From Puniceicoccaceae bacterium (GTDB taxonomy: Bacteria > Verrucomicrobiota > Verrucomicrobiia > Opitutales > Oceanipulchritudinaceae): a DNA stretch of 64,000 nt. The notes under the pieces are model-generated. The model saw only the letters and a program-made list of their open reading frames with translations. It made no database searches and was not told the DNA's origin. Both the position numbers and the translations under genes were made by a program. The stretch covers positions 160,001 to 224,000 of the forward strand of contig JBFOMH010000004.1 in NCBI GenBank assembly GCA_040830765.1. Direction: 5' to 3'. Positions 29,871 through 38,659 of the stretch are shown here, in pieces (the stretch's first letter is position 1; the number at the start of each line of letters is the position of its first letter).

Positions 29871-31373
29871 ATGGGGTTGTTTGAGCTGAGCATTCTCGTT
29901 GTTTACTTTCTCCTGGTCCTCGGCATCGGCTGGTGGAAGGGCCGGCATGAAACCTCCGTGGAGGACTATTTTGTCGGGCGGCGGCAGATTCCCTGGTGGG
30001 CGGTACTGGGGTCCCTTGTGGCCACAGAAATCAGCGCCGCCACCTATCTGGCGGTGCCGGGGGTGGGATTCTCCGAGAACATGACCTACCTGCAATTTGG
30101 CGTAGGGAGCTTTTTCGCCCGCATCTTCATCGCCACGGCATTTATCGGGATGTTTTACAAGGCCAACTGCCTGAGCATCTACGAATACCTCCGGCAGCGA
30201 TTTGGCGGCGGTTCCCAGTATACAGCCTCCATCTACTTCCTTATCACCCGGATTCTCGCCTCCGGGGTCCGCCTGATGATTGCCGCCACCGGATTTTCCG
30301 TCATCCTCAATGTCTCCTTCGGCTGGAGCCTCCTCCTTTTCGGTGGAATAACCCTCGCGTACACCTTCATCGGCGGAATCCGGTCTGTCATCTGGACCGA
30401 TTGCCTGCAGGGGGTCATCTTCATTGCCGCCGGACTGGCGGGCGCCCTCTGGCTTGTCGAGAATACCGGGCCATCCTTCCTCTGGGAAACTTCCCTGGCG
30501 GCCGGCAAGTTCGAGATGATCCGCTGGCAACCGCAAGGAGAGGGTTTCCTTGGCTGGTTCAACGATGCCCAATGGCTGGTCACCGCCATGCTGTTCGGGT
30601 TTTTGAGCACCGTCGCCGCCCTGGGAACGGACCAGGACATGGCCCAGCGGCTCCTTTCCAGCAAGACCTCCCGGCTGGCCCGCCGCAGCCTCATCGTCAG
30701 TGGATTCATCGCCCTTCCTGTGGCCGCCCTCTTTCTGCTGGTCGGTGTGGCCCTCCATGCCTGGTTCCAGGCTAATCCGGACCCGGCATTCCCCACCCGC
30801 CTGGTCGATGGACTGGCTGTGCCGGATGGGGACAAGGCATTCTCCTTCTTCATGACAACCGCTATCCCGGCCTGGCTGCGGGGGCTGCTCCTGACCGGCG
30901 TCCTTGCCGCCGCCATGTCCAGCCTGGATTCCGCCATGGCCGCCCTGAGCACGTCAACCGTTCGGGATCTCATTCAGCCACTTTGGAAAAAACCGGTTTC
31001 CGCCGCCCGCTGGCTCTGGATCAGCCGTGGCTTCACCGTCCTTTTTGCGGCAATTCTGCTCCTGGTGGCCTGGAGCCTCCGGGACAGCGGGCGCTTCCTC
31101 TGGCTGGCCTTCAAGATAACCAGCCTCACCTACGGGAGCTTGCTGGGGGTCTTTTTGCTAGGCCGCTTCACCAGCCGCGGCTCGGACCGGGGCAATATCA
31201 TCGCCATGATAGCCGGTACAGTGGTTGCTTCAATTGGCTTGTGGCTGATAGAGGCGGGCATCCTGCCCCTTGCCTGGACGTGGCTCCTCCTCCTTGGGGC
31301 CGGAACAACCATGACAATTGGCGCTTTTTCTCCGGGGAGTTCCCGCGATACGGTTTCAGGTGATTTAGAGTGA
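29871..31373 (+). CDS. sodium:solute symporter (SSS family)
   Basis: 'EDYFVGRR', 'ATEISAAT', 'GTDQDMAQR', 'AAAMSSLDS', many TMs. Confidence 0.9.
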   Translation: MGLFELSILVVYFLLVLGIGWWKGRHETSVEDYFVGRRQIPWWAVLGSLVATEISAATYLAVPGVGFSENMTYLQFGVGSFFARIFIATAFIGMFYKANCLSIYEYLRQRFGGGSQYTASIYFLITRILASGVRLMIAATGFSVILNVSFGWSLLLFGGITLAYTFIGGIRSVIWTDCLQGVIFIAAGLAGALWLVENTGPSFLWETSLAAGKFEMIRWQPQGEGFLGWFNDAQWLVTAMLFGFLSTVAALGTDQDMAQRLLSSKTSRLARRSLIVSGFIALPVAALFLLVGVALHAWFQANPDPAFPTRLVDGLAVPDGDKAFSFFMTTAIPAWLRGLLLTGVLAAAMSSLDSAMAALSTSTVRDLIQPLWKKPVSAARWLWISRGFTVLFAAILLLVAWSLRDSGRFLWLAFKITSLTYGSLLGVFLLGRFTSRGSDRGNIIAMIAGTVVASIGLWLIEAGILPLAWTWLLLLGAGTTMTIGAFSPGSSRDTVSGDLE

Positions 31374-31445
31374 CTTCTCAGGTAAATTCCTAATGGTTTT
31401 AGAAGGTCTCGCATGTTACTATGCGCCCCGATTGGAATCTATAGC

Positions 31446-32870
31446 ATGAATCCCTTCAGGCAGCGGCAGTCAAATAAGGATGAGGATGCTCTTCAACAGG
31501 AGTTGTTTAAGGAGTATTATCCCCTCGTCCTATCCGTGGTTGATGAAATTCAGCCGCTGCTGCAAATGAATGTGGACGGTCGTGAAGTCCTGTCCATGGC
31601 CAGCATGATGCTGGGGCGCCTGATTAAGGGTGGTCAACGGATTGGCCGGCGGGACCTGCGCAAGGCCATTGAGCAATACCTGGTCGAAACCTATGCCCTG
31701 GAGAGCGACCGGGAAGCGATCTTTGAATCCTCCGGATTGCCGCCAGCCAGCGACGACGACATGGTCGGCAGCCGGATTCTTGTGGTCGACGACAGCGCCA
31801 TGGCCCGAAGGCAGATTAGTTTTTTCTTGAAGAAGGACGGCTACGAGGTGTTTGAGGCCAAGTCGGGCGAGGAAGCCCTCTGGCTGGTACGTGAAGTCGA
31901 TCCCGAGCTGATTCTCATGGATGTCAGCATGGACGGCATGGATGGCATGGAAACCTGCCGCCAGCTCAAGGAGGATCCCGAAAACAGCAATTTGCCGATT
32001 ATCTTCCTGTCCGCAAAGGGTGAGCGGGAGGAAATCGTCGCCGGTTTCAAGTCCGGCGCCATCGACTACATCGTCAAGCCCTTCCACCCTTCAGAGAGCC
32101 TGACCCGGATCCGCACCCATCTGCGGGTCAAGAAACTGGCTGAGCTGCGGGAGCGGCACATCCTTGAACTGAAGCACCTCAACAAGACAAAGGACCGTGT
32201 CCTGCGGATCGCTTCCCATGACTTGCGCAACCCAGTGGCTGCCATTGCCGGCCTGGCCGAATTTCTCAAGGACGACTGCAGTAACTTGACCGAAGGCCAG
32301 CAGGAAATCGTCGATTGCATTGAGGAAGCCGGGAAAAGCGTGGTCCTCCTCTTGAACGAGCTATTGGACATTTCCTCCCTCGACAGTGGAAAGGTTGAGT
32401 TGATCCGGGAAGAGCTGAACCTTTGTGAATTGGTTCGCAACCTGGTGCCGCTTTTCCGCGGCGAAGCCGAGCGCAAGGACCTCGTCCTGACTTTCAATTG
32501 CACCCCGGATATTCCCAAGACCTCCATCGACCGTCAGCAGATTCGCCGGGTGGTCGATAATCTGCTCAGTAATGCGCTGAAGTTTACGCCGTCAGGGGGA
32601 CAAATTTCCGTCCGAGTCCGCAAGGACAAAAAGGGCGTCGCTCTCGATGTTGAAGATACAGGTCCCGGTATTCCGGAGAAAGAAGCCGACCGGCTCTTTG
32701 TCGAATTTGGCAAGACCTCCAATATTCCGACAGGCGGGGAGAAAAGCACCGGTCTCGGCTTGTCCATCTGCCACCGGATTGTCACCGCCCACAATGGCTC
32801 CATTGATTTTGAGAATTTACCTGAAGGAGGCACTCGCTTCAGTGTAATCCTGCCAGCTATAGAATCCTAG
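31446..32870 (+). CDS. cytoplasmic hybrid kinase (N-terminal sigma-region-2-like segment, REC, HisKA, HATPase)
   Basis: 'ILVVDDS', 'LMDVSM', 'KPF', 'ASHDLRNP', 'NLLSNALKFT', 'STGLGLSI'; alternative start 31413. Confidence 0.88.
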   Translation: MNPFRQRQSNKDEDALQQELFKEYYPLVLSVVDEIQPLLQMNVDGREVLSMASMMLGRLIKGGQRIGRRDLRKAIEQYLVETYALESDREAIFESSGLPPASDDDMVGSRILVVDDSAMARRQISFFLKKDGYEVFEAKSGEEALWLVREVDPELILMDVSMDGMDGMETCRQLKEDPENSNLPIIFLSAKGEREEIVAGFKSGAIDYIVKPFHPSESLTRIRTHLRVKKLAELRERHILELKHLNKTKDRVLRIASHDLRNPVAAIAGLAEFLKDDCSNLTEGQQEIVDCIEEAGKSVVLLLNELLDISSLDSGKVELIREELNLCELVRNLVPLFRGEAERKDLVLTFNCTPDIPKTSIDRQQIRRVVDNLLSNALKFTPSGGQISVRVRKDKKGVALDVEDTGPGIPEKEADRLFVEFGKTSNIPTGGEKSTGLGLSICHRIVTAHNGSIDFENLPEGGTRFSVILPAIES

Positions 32871-32901
32871 GAGAGTTCATCGTAATTCTTCCTATCCTCC
32901 C

Positions 32902-32935
32902 AAAACGGAAGGCGGCCTCCCTTCCGTTTTATTTT
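32902..32935. terminator. bidirectional terminator between convergent genes
   Basis: AAAACGGAAGG-CGGCCTC-CCTTCCGTTTT. Confidence 0.65.
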
Positions 32936-34392
32936 TGGAGGTTTTCGAAAACTTGGCGCACAGCCGTTTTGTAGGACAGTTCCTGGCCTGTCTTTTGCCG
33001 ATGATGGTGCTGGGCATGGCGGGCGGCCCGGTCGATGAGCTTGTAGTTGCTCGGCTTGACCTTGGTCATGAGATTACTCTCAAAAAGCCTCATTCGGCCC
33101 ATCACAAGCGTGCTCTGGAGGTTGAGACAGGTCTTGAGATAGAGGTGTTTCAGGAGGAGGGGCGTATTTTCCAGCCCCAGATCATGGCTGTGCCCGGCAA
33201 ACTCGAGAATACCCGAGTGGCCATGGACAAGGTAGGGATATTGTTTTTTGCCCGGGTGCCGCCGGTCGCGCCATTCCGGTGCCTCGGCGGATATGTCATA
33301 ACCCAGAAGTCGCTCCCGGGAGGCCACTCCATTCAAAGTGGACCATTCCAGAGTTCGGGGTTGACGATGAAGGAGCTGCTCCCAAGCCGCTTCACTATTT
33401 CTCGCCTCCGGGAGGGAGAGGTAACAAAGGCTTCCCGGATCATCCGGAAGGTTCCGGTTTTCAAACGGGGCCAGTGAAAAGGTTGGTGAGCGCTCCGTGG
33501 TATCGGTGAGGACGGTGACCCCGTAACGGTCGGTCTGGTAGAGGAGCAGGTCTCCTTTTTCATAGATATTGGCCTCCGCCTCAATGAACGGGGCCAGCCA
33601 GCCGGGATCGTGGGCGTGAATCATGCCCGCAAAAGACCGGATCAGCGCCAGTGCGTCTCCCTGTCCCAAAGCTTCGCTGAGGGCGGCTCCGGCCACGAGC
33701 ATTTGGATCGTGGTCGCCTGGAGGCGGGTGCTACCCGCCAGCGCCATGGGACCGGTGTTGAGGAAAAAACTCCGGACGGAAGGGTGCTCCAGGACAGCCC
33801 GGGAACGGTCGGTCAGGCGGCACAGCAGATCCGGCGGATTGCAAAAGAAAAACCATGGCTGGCGACTTGCTACCTCGGCCGCCTTGAGGCAGGCCCCGAT
33901 GACCCAGGGTGTCTCGCCTCCCTCGGTAATTGCCAGCAGCAGGTCCCCGGGGCCAAAACCGTTCTCCATGAGCTGTCGCTCGCCGTACTCGGGATAGTCC
34001 TCAAAAGCCTCGATGGACTTTATCAGCGCGCCATCCCCACCAGCCATGAAACTGACGATTCGGTCGTCGTCTCCCTTGGAGAGCCATTCCTCCCGGGCTA
34101 GGGTCTCCAGGGAAAGGGCCAGACGGCCGGTGGCGCCACAGCCGGCAATGAAAAACCGGCCTCCACCTTCCAATGTTTCCCTCAGGGAGTTTACCAGCTC
34201 CGGAAGAGGATCCATGTATTCCTCAAGCTGGGTCATCGCCTGCCGGTCGACCCGATGGAAGGCTTCAATGGCCTCCAGGAGGTTGTTTTGCGCCAGCTCG
34301 GCAAGTCCGACAGTTTCCGGGTGGGGCTGTTCCGTAACCAACTCACCCAGGCGGAACTGGTCGCACACGTTGAGGAAATCCTCAGGATTCAT
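32929..34392 (-). CDS. tandem-SIS MurQ/glucokinase-regulatory-like protein
   Basis: 'LVTEQPHP', 'GCGATGRLA', 'AGSTRLQA', 'DTTERSPTF', 'NLMTKVKPSNYKLIDRA'. Confidence 0.75.
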   Translation of the reverse strand: MNPEDFLNVCDQFRLGELVTEQPHPETVGLAELAQNNLLEAIEAFHRVDRQAMTQLEEYMDPLPELVNSLRETLEGGGRFFIAGCGATGRLALSLETLAREEWLSKGDDDRIVSFMAGGDGALIKSIEAFEDYPEYGERQLMENGFGPGDLLLAITEGGETPWVIGACLKAAEVASRQPWFFFCNPPDLLCRLTDRSRAVLEHPSVRSFFLNTGPMALAGSTRLQATTIQMLVAGAALSEALGQGDALALIRSFAGMIHAHDPGWLAPFIEAEANIYEKGDLLLYQTDRYGVTVLTDTTERSPTFSLAPFENRNLPDDPGSLCYLSLPEARNSEAAWEQLLHRQPRTLEWSTLNGVASRERLLGYDISAEAPEWRDRRHPGKKQYPYLVHGHSGILEFAGHSHDLGLENTPLLLKHLYLKTCLNLQSTLVMGRMRLFESNLMTKVKPSNYKLIDRAARHAQHHHRQKTGQELSYKTAVRQVFENLQK

Positions 34393-34494
34393 TGCCCGAT
34401 TGTGGAAATTCACCGCTCAATCGTCGAGGAATTCCGCAAGCTACCGTTCAGCAATGGAATTGACCTCGCGTTAGAACAGACGACCTTGGAGGGG

Positions 34495-35295
34495 ATGATC
34501 CTGATAGTCACAGCCCTGATGGTAGAGGCCCGGCCGATCCGGGACCATCTTGGACTGTCTGCACTGGGCAGTGAGCCCTTTCCGGTCTTCTGCGGGGAGC
34601 AGGCCACTCTTGTGGTCAGTGGAACCGGCTCGCTCAAGTCCAGTGCGGCCACCGCCTGGGCGATGGCCCGCTTCCCGGACATCCGGGCCGCCGTGAATGT
34701 GGGCTTTGCCGGGGCGCCATTAGCGATCTCCCCGCTCTATCGCTGGCACCTCATTCATTCTGTCCGCGACCAATCCAGTGGCCGGCTCTATATCCCCGAC
34801 ATTCTTGTCCAGCATGGATTCCCGGAAGCAAACCTGTTGACCTGTGGACAGGCGGTGCGGGATGAGAGCGGCTTGAATGGGCTGGTGGACATGGAAGGAA
34901 GTGGATTTTACGAGGCTGCCCGTCAGTTTCTTTCTCCCGACCGCATCGCATTGCTGAAGTGGGTTTCCGATCACCTCGGGGGGAAACTGGACATGGACGC
35001 TCTTGATCAGCCTTACCGGGAGGCAATGGGACCGTTGGCGGAATTCCTCCACAATTGGGCCCCGCTGGAGAAGGCAAGAGAATCTGAATCCAGTCCGGCA
35101 ATCCTCGAGACGGTTAAAACGCGGCTGCGCCTGAGCCAGACCCAGGAAAAGTTCCTTGATAAATGGGTTCGTGGATACCTTTCCCGGGGAGGCGAGGAAA
35201 GTCGCTTAATGGAGGTCCTGCCGGAAAAAGCGCTCACCGCGAAACGCGAGAATAACCGGTACTTCGAAATTTTGAAAGATGTACTCAAAGGCTAA
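34495..35295 (+). CDS. nucleoside phosphorylase/MTA-nucleosidase-like protein
   Basis: 'ILIVTAL..EARP', 'NVGFAG', 'VDMEGSGF', 'KWVSD'; ATG at 34495 preceded by GGAGGGG. Confidence 0.78.
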   Translation: MILIVTALMVEARPIRDHLGLSALGSEPFPVFCGEQATLVVSGTGSLKSSAATAWAMARFPDIRAAVNVGFAGAPLAISPLYRWHLIHSVRDQSSGRLYIPDILVQHGFPEANLLTCGQAVRDESGLNGLVDMEGSGFYEAARQFLSPDRIALLKWVSDHLGGKLDMDALDQPYREAMGPLAEFLHNWAPLEKARESESSPAILETVKTRLRLSQTQEKFLDKWVRGYLSRGGEESRLMEVLPEKALTAKRENNRYFEILKDVLKG

Positions 35296-36292
35296 AACCT
35301 TTTCCCACGTCTATGTGGAAGACGGCCTTCAGGGACATCCGCGCGCCGGGGCCATCCTGGCCCGGTTTCCTTCCGCGGAAGTTGTGCCCGTGGATGATTA
35401 CCAGAATGTCTTTGGGCGGGGGCGTCAGGACTTCTGGAAGCAAAAGGCCAGCCCAAAGCTGATCCTGGCCCGCAAAAAGGATAATTTCCTTTATCGCGGA
35501 AATCCCTTCCTGCAGGCCAACCTGTCACCGAATTTCAGCTACAATGCAATGGTCCTGAATTGTCCCTACGACTGCCATTACTGTTATTTGCAGGGACTCT
35601 ACAACGGGGCTAATATCGTCGCCTTTGTTAACCTGGAAGACTTCTTTACAGCCGCCGCCACGGCCTGCGAACAGCGCCCGGCCCCGGACGAGCCGATGCC
35701 GCTGGCCATTTCCTACGATACCGATTTGCTGGCCCTCGAAGGACTGCTGGGATTCGCCGGGGAATGGGTTGAATGGGTGCGGCACCAGCCGGACATCCTG
35801 ATTGAGATCCGGACCAAGAGTGCCCCAGGGAGTTTTCTGCGCTCAGTTGCGCCAACGCCGCCAGCCCGGTTGGCATGGACCCTTTCACCGGACAGCATCG
35901 CCCGTCGCTACGAATCCGGGGCCCCCTCCCTGAAGTTGCGGTTGAAAGCAATGAATGACGCCGCTGCCCTCGGCTGGAGGATGACCCTGTGCATCGATCC
36001 AATCCTCAATTTACCCAATGCGGTCGATATCTATCGTGATTTCGTCAAGCAACTGGCCGAGGAAGCCCCCTGGCACGCCATTGAGCGAGTTGAGCTGGGT
36101 GTGTTTCGCGTCAGTTCCGCCTATTTCAAGCGGATGCTCAGCCGACCCGGAACGGACCTCTTGCATTATCCCTATGAGCATGCTAGCAAGGTCGTTTCTT
36201 ATAATAAGAAAGAGCGGGAGGACCTGGTGGATGCTGTACAGTCCGGGCTCCTGGCAACAATTTCCAAGGAAAAGATATTTATATGGACATAG
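35279..36292 (+). CDS. spore photoproduct lyase-like radical SAM protein
   Basis: 'NCPYDCHYCYLQG', 'EIRTKS', 'AWTLSP..YE.GAPSL..RL'. Confidence 0.85.
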   Translation: MYSKAKTFSHVYVEDGLQGHPRAGAILARFPSAEVVPVDDYQNVFGRGRQDFWKQKASPKLILARKKDNFLYRGNPFLQANLSPNFSYNAMVLNCPYDCHYCYLQGLYNGANIVAFVNLEDFFTAAATACEQRPAPDEPMPLAISYDTDLLALEGLLGFAGEWVEWVRHQPDILIEIRTKSAPGSFLRSVAPTPPARLAWTLSPDSIARRYESGAPSLKLRLKAMNDAAALGWRMTLCIDPILNLPNAVDIYRDFVKQLAEEAPWHAIERVELGVFRVSSAYFKRMLSRPGTDLLHYPYEHASKVVSYNKKEREDLVDAVQSGLLATISKEKIFIWT

Positions 36293-37548
36293 CGATCGTG
36301 ACCGGCGCCTCAAGCTCGCTTGGGCTGGCCATTTCAAGACGATTGATTCAACTCGGATTCAGGGTTTACGGCCTTGGCGGTGACTACAAGGATTGCCCCT
36401 TGAACAACGTCAATTTCCGTCCCATGGCCTGTGATCTGGGCGATCCCGCTGCCGTTGAAACCGCCTGCCGCAAGATTGTTGAGGCGGAAAAGGGGGTATT
36501 TCTGGTCGTTAACAACGCCAAATATTTCGGGCAGAACCTCTTCATGGAGATGAGCACTCCGGAGATTGAGCGCATCCTGCGCATCAACCTCCTTTGCCCC
36601 CTGGTGATTGTCCGGACGCTCGCGGAAAGCCTTAAGGAGCTCCAGGGATACATCATCCAGCTGGGAACCCCTTATGCCGAGACCAGCCGTGGCGGCGCCG
36701 CTGGAGCGGCAGCTTCCGGTGGCCTCAAGTGGATGGGGGACTTGCTCTTTCACGAGCTGCGCCAGCACGGTGTGAAAGTGTGCCACCTTTCCCCTGAACC
36801 CAACCGGGGACGCGATGTTCCGCGCAAGGGGCGTCCCGGTGCCCGGCCGGAAGCGGTCATCGATCCCGAGGCTGTTGCCCAGGCGGTTGAGCAGATCCTG
36901 CAAAGCCCGTTTGGGAATGTTGTCACGGAGATGATTTTACGGCCCCTTCGGGTTGATGAGCCGGACCATGATCCCGTTCGGGAAATTCCCTATCCGGATC
37001 CAAAGCCAATCCCCTACACCGTTCCGCGGGAGTTCATTGAGGCCGAGGAACAGTTGGAAGAGGAAGAGTACCAGAAGGAGCAGCAGAAGAAACGGAAACG
37101 CCGCCAGGCCAAGAAGAAAGCTGCCAAACCGGCCAAGTCCTCTGCGCCAAAGGACAAGCCAGCGAAACAGGCCGATGAGCCCAAGGCCACCGAGGAAGCG
37201 CCCAAGTCAAGGCGCCGGGGCGGACGCAAGCCAAGGCCGCCCAAGGTTGAGGTCGGCTTTATGGATTCCAAGCAGCAGAAGGGTGACGATACTCCGCCAG
37301 CCGATAAGGCTGAAAAAGACAAGCCCGCCCGCAAATCCACTCGCAAGAAGGGTAAGTCCCCTGCCCGCAAATCAGCCAGGAAACAGGCCACGAAGGGTTC
37401 AGTGAAGGAGGATTCCAGCCAACCAGCCAGGAAGACTGCTCGCAAGGCGGTTAAAAAGGCGGCCAGGAAGTCGACAAAAAAAGCTGCCCGCAAACGACCA
37501 GCCAAAAAAGTTGCCCGAAAGGGTGAAAAAGGAAAAGAAACTGCTTAA
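36283..37548 (+). CDS. SDR-fold protein lacking YxxxK, with Lys/Arg/Ala-rich histone-H1-like tail
   Basis: 'AIVTGASSSLG', 'VNNA'; tail with repeated 'ARKxxRK/KKAARK'. Confidence 0.8.
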   Translation: MDIAIVTGASSSLGLAISRRLIQLGFRVYGLGGDYKDCPLNNVNFRPMACDLGDPAAVETACRKIVEAEKGVFLVVNNAKYFGQNLFMEMSTPEIERILRINLLCPLVIVRTLAESLKELQGYIIQLGTPYAETSRGGAAGAAASGGLKWMGDLLFHELRQHGVKVCHLSPEPNRGRDVPRKGRPGARPEAVIDPEAVAQAVEQILQSPFGNVVTEMILRPLRVDEPDHDPVREIPYPDPKPIPYTVPREFIEAEEQLEEEEYQKEQQKKRKRRQAKKKAAKPAKSSAPKDKPAKQADEPKATEEAPKSRRRGGRKPRPPKVEVGFMDSKQQKGDDTPPADKAEKDKPARKSTRKKGKSPARKSARKQATKGSVKEDSSQPARKTARKAVKKAARKSTKKAARKRPAKKVARKGEKGKETA

Positions 37549-37557
37549 ATTCGAGTT

Positions 37558-37935
37558 ATGCTACTAAACCTCCTACCGCAACGACTAGCCGTTATTCATT
37601 TCGAGCCGGATGCCAAAATCCCCGACTGGAGCATGAAAGCCGAGTTTTTCTCCATTACCCGGACGCCGGATGAGGTATCCATATTTTGTGACAGCGCCGT
37701 CATGCCGGATCATCCCGACAAGATTGACGGGTGGAGGGCCTTCCGGGTTGCCGGCCAGCTGGAGCTGAGCCTGACCGGAGTGATATCCACCTTGGCTGTG
37801 CCCCTTGCGGCCAAGCAGATACCGGTGTTTTCCATCTCGACTCATGACACGGATTACATGCTGGTCCGGGAAGACCAACTGGAGGATGCCATCGACGTGC
37901 TGAGGCGGGCCGGCCACAGCTTCAACATGGCCTGA
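37558..37935 (+). CDS. ACT-domain protein
   Basis: 'FSITRTPDEVSI', 'LTGVI..LA', 'FSISTHDTDYMLV'. Confidence 0.85.
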   Translation: MLLNLLPQRLAVIHFEPDAKIPDWSMKAEFFSITRTPDEVSIFCDSAVMPDHPDKIDGWRAFRVAGQLELSLTGVISTLAVPLAAKQIPVFSISTHDTDYMLVREDQLEDAIDVLRRAGHSFNMA

Positions 37936-38016
37936 GGGGACGAAAATCAGTTGAAATTCCCCAAAATTTATTGATGGTATGGTCGCTTTTTAAGTGACGA
38001 AATGCCCGTTTGAACA

Positions 38017-38643
38017 ATGAGCGAGAAAGAAGACAAGACACCTGATATTTTAGAGGACGCACCTGAGGCCGAGCCGGTTTCTGAGGCTGTCTCCGAATCG
38101 GCAGAGTCTGTGACGAAGGATGCGGCGACCACCGAGATGCCATCCATTTCAGCGGAGGAGCTCAGTGGCCTTCTGCAGAAACTGGAGGAAGCCACCGGTG
38201 AGATTAACACCCAGAAGGAGCGCTACCTGCGCACGGTGGCGGACCTCGAGAATTACCGCAAGCGGGCGGTCCGCGAGAAGGAAGAAGCCCGTAAACAAGC
38301 GGCCTGTAGTCTTCTGGAAGATCTCCTGCCGATCCTCGACCACTTCCAGTTGGGTCTGAAGTCGGCTGAAGAGCACGAGGGCGGAAAGGCCTTCGCGGAG
38401 GGTTTCCGGATGATTCTCAAGCAGATGGAAGCGGCCCTGAAGCAAAACGGGCTGGAGGAGATAAACCCGGAAGGCGAAGCCTTTGACCCGAATTTTCATG
38501 AATCCATCGCCCACCTTCCCCATGAGTCGATAGGGGATGGGCACATTATCGAGGTGCACCGGGTCGGGTACCGCCTCAATGAGCGCCTCCTGCGGCCGGC
38601 TCAGGTTGTTGTTTCCAGTGGTGCAACAGAGGAGGATGCCTGA
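38017..38643 (+). CDS. grpE: nucleotide exchange factor GrpE
   Basis: 'ADLENYRKR', 'FDPNFHE', 'GYRLNERLLRPAQVVV'. Confidence 0.95.
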   Translation: MSEKEDKTPDILEDAPEAEPVSEAVSESAESVTKDAATTEMPSISAEELSGLLQKLEEATGEINTQKERYLRTVADLENYRKRAVREKEEARKQAACSLLEDLLPILDHFQLGLKSAEEHEGGKAFAEGFRMILKQMEAALKQNGLEEINPEGEAFDPNFHESIAHLPHESIGDGHIIEVHRVGYRLNERLLRPAQVVVSSGATEEDA

Positions 38644-38659
38644 ACCGGCATCCGGTTGA

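Noticed and set aside
37936..38016. CIRCE or sigma-32 promoter before grpE
   Set aside because: TTGAAA is present, but there is no TTAGCACTC inverted repeat and no properly spaced CCCCAT.
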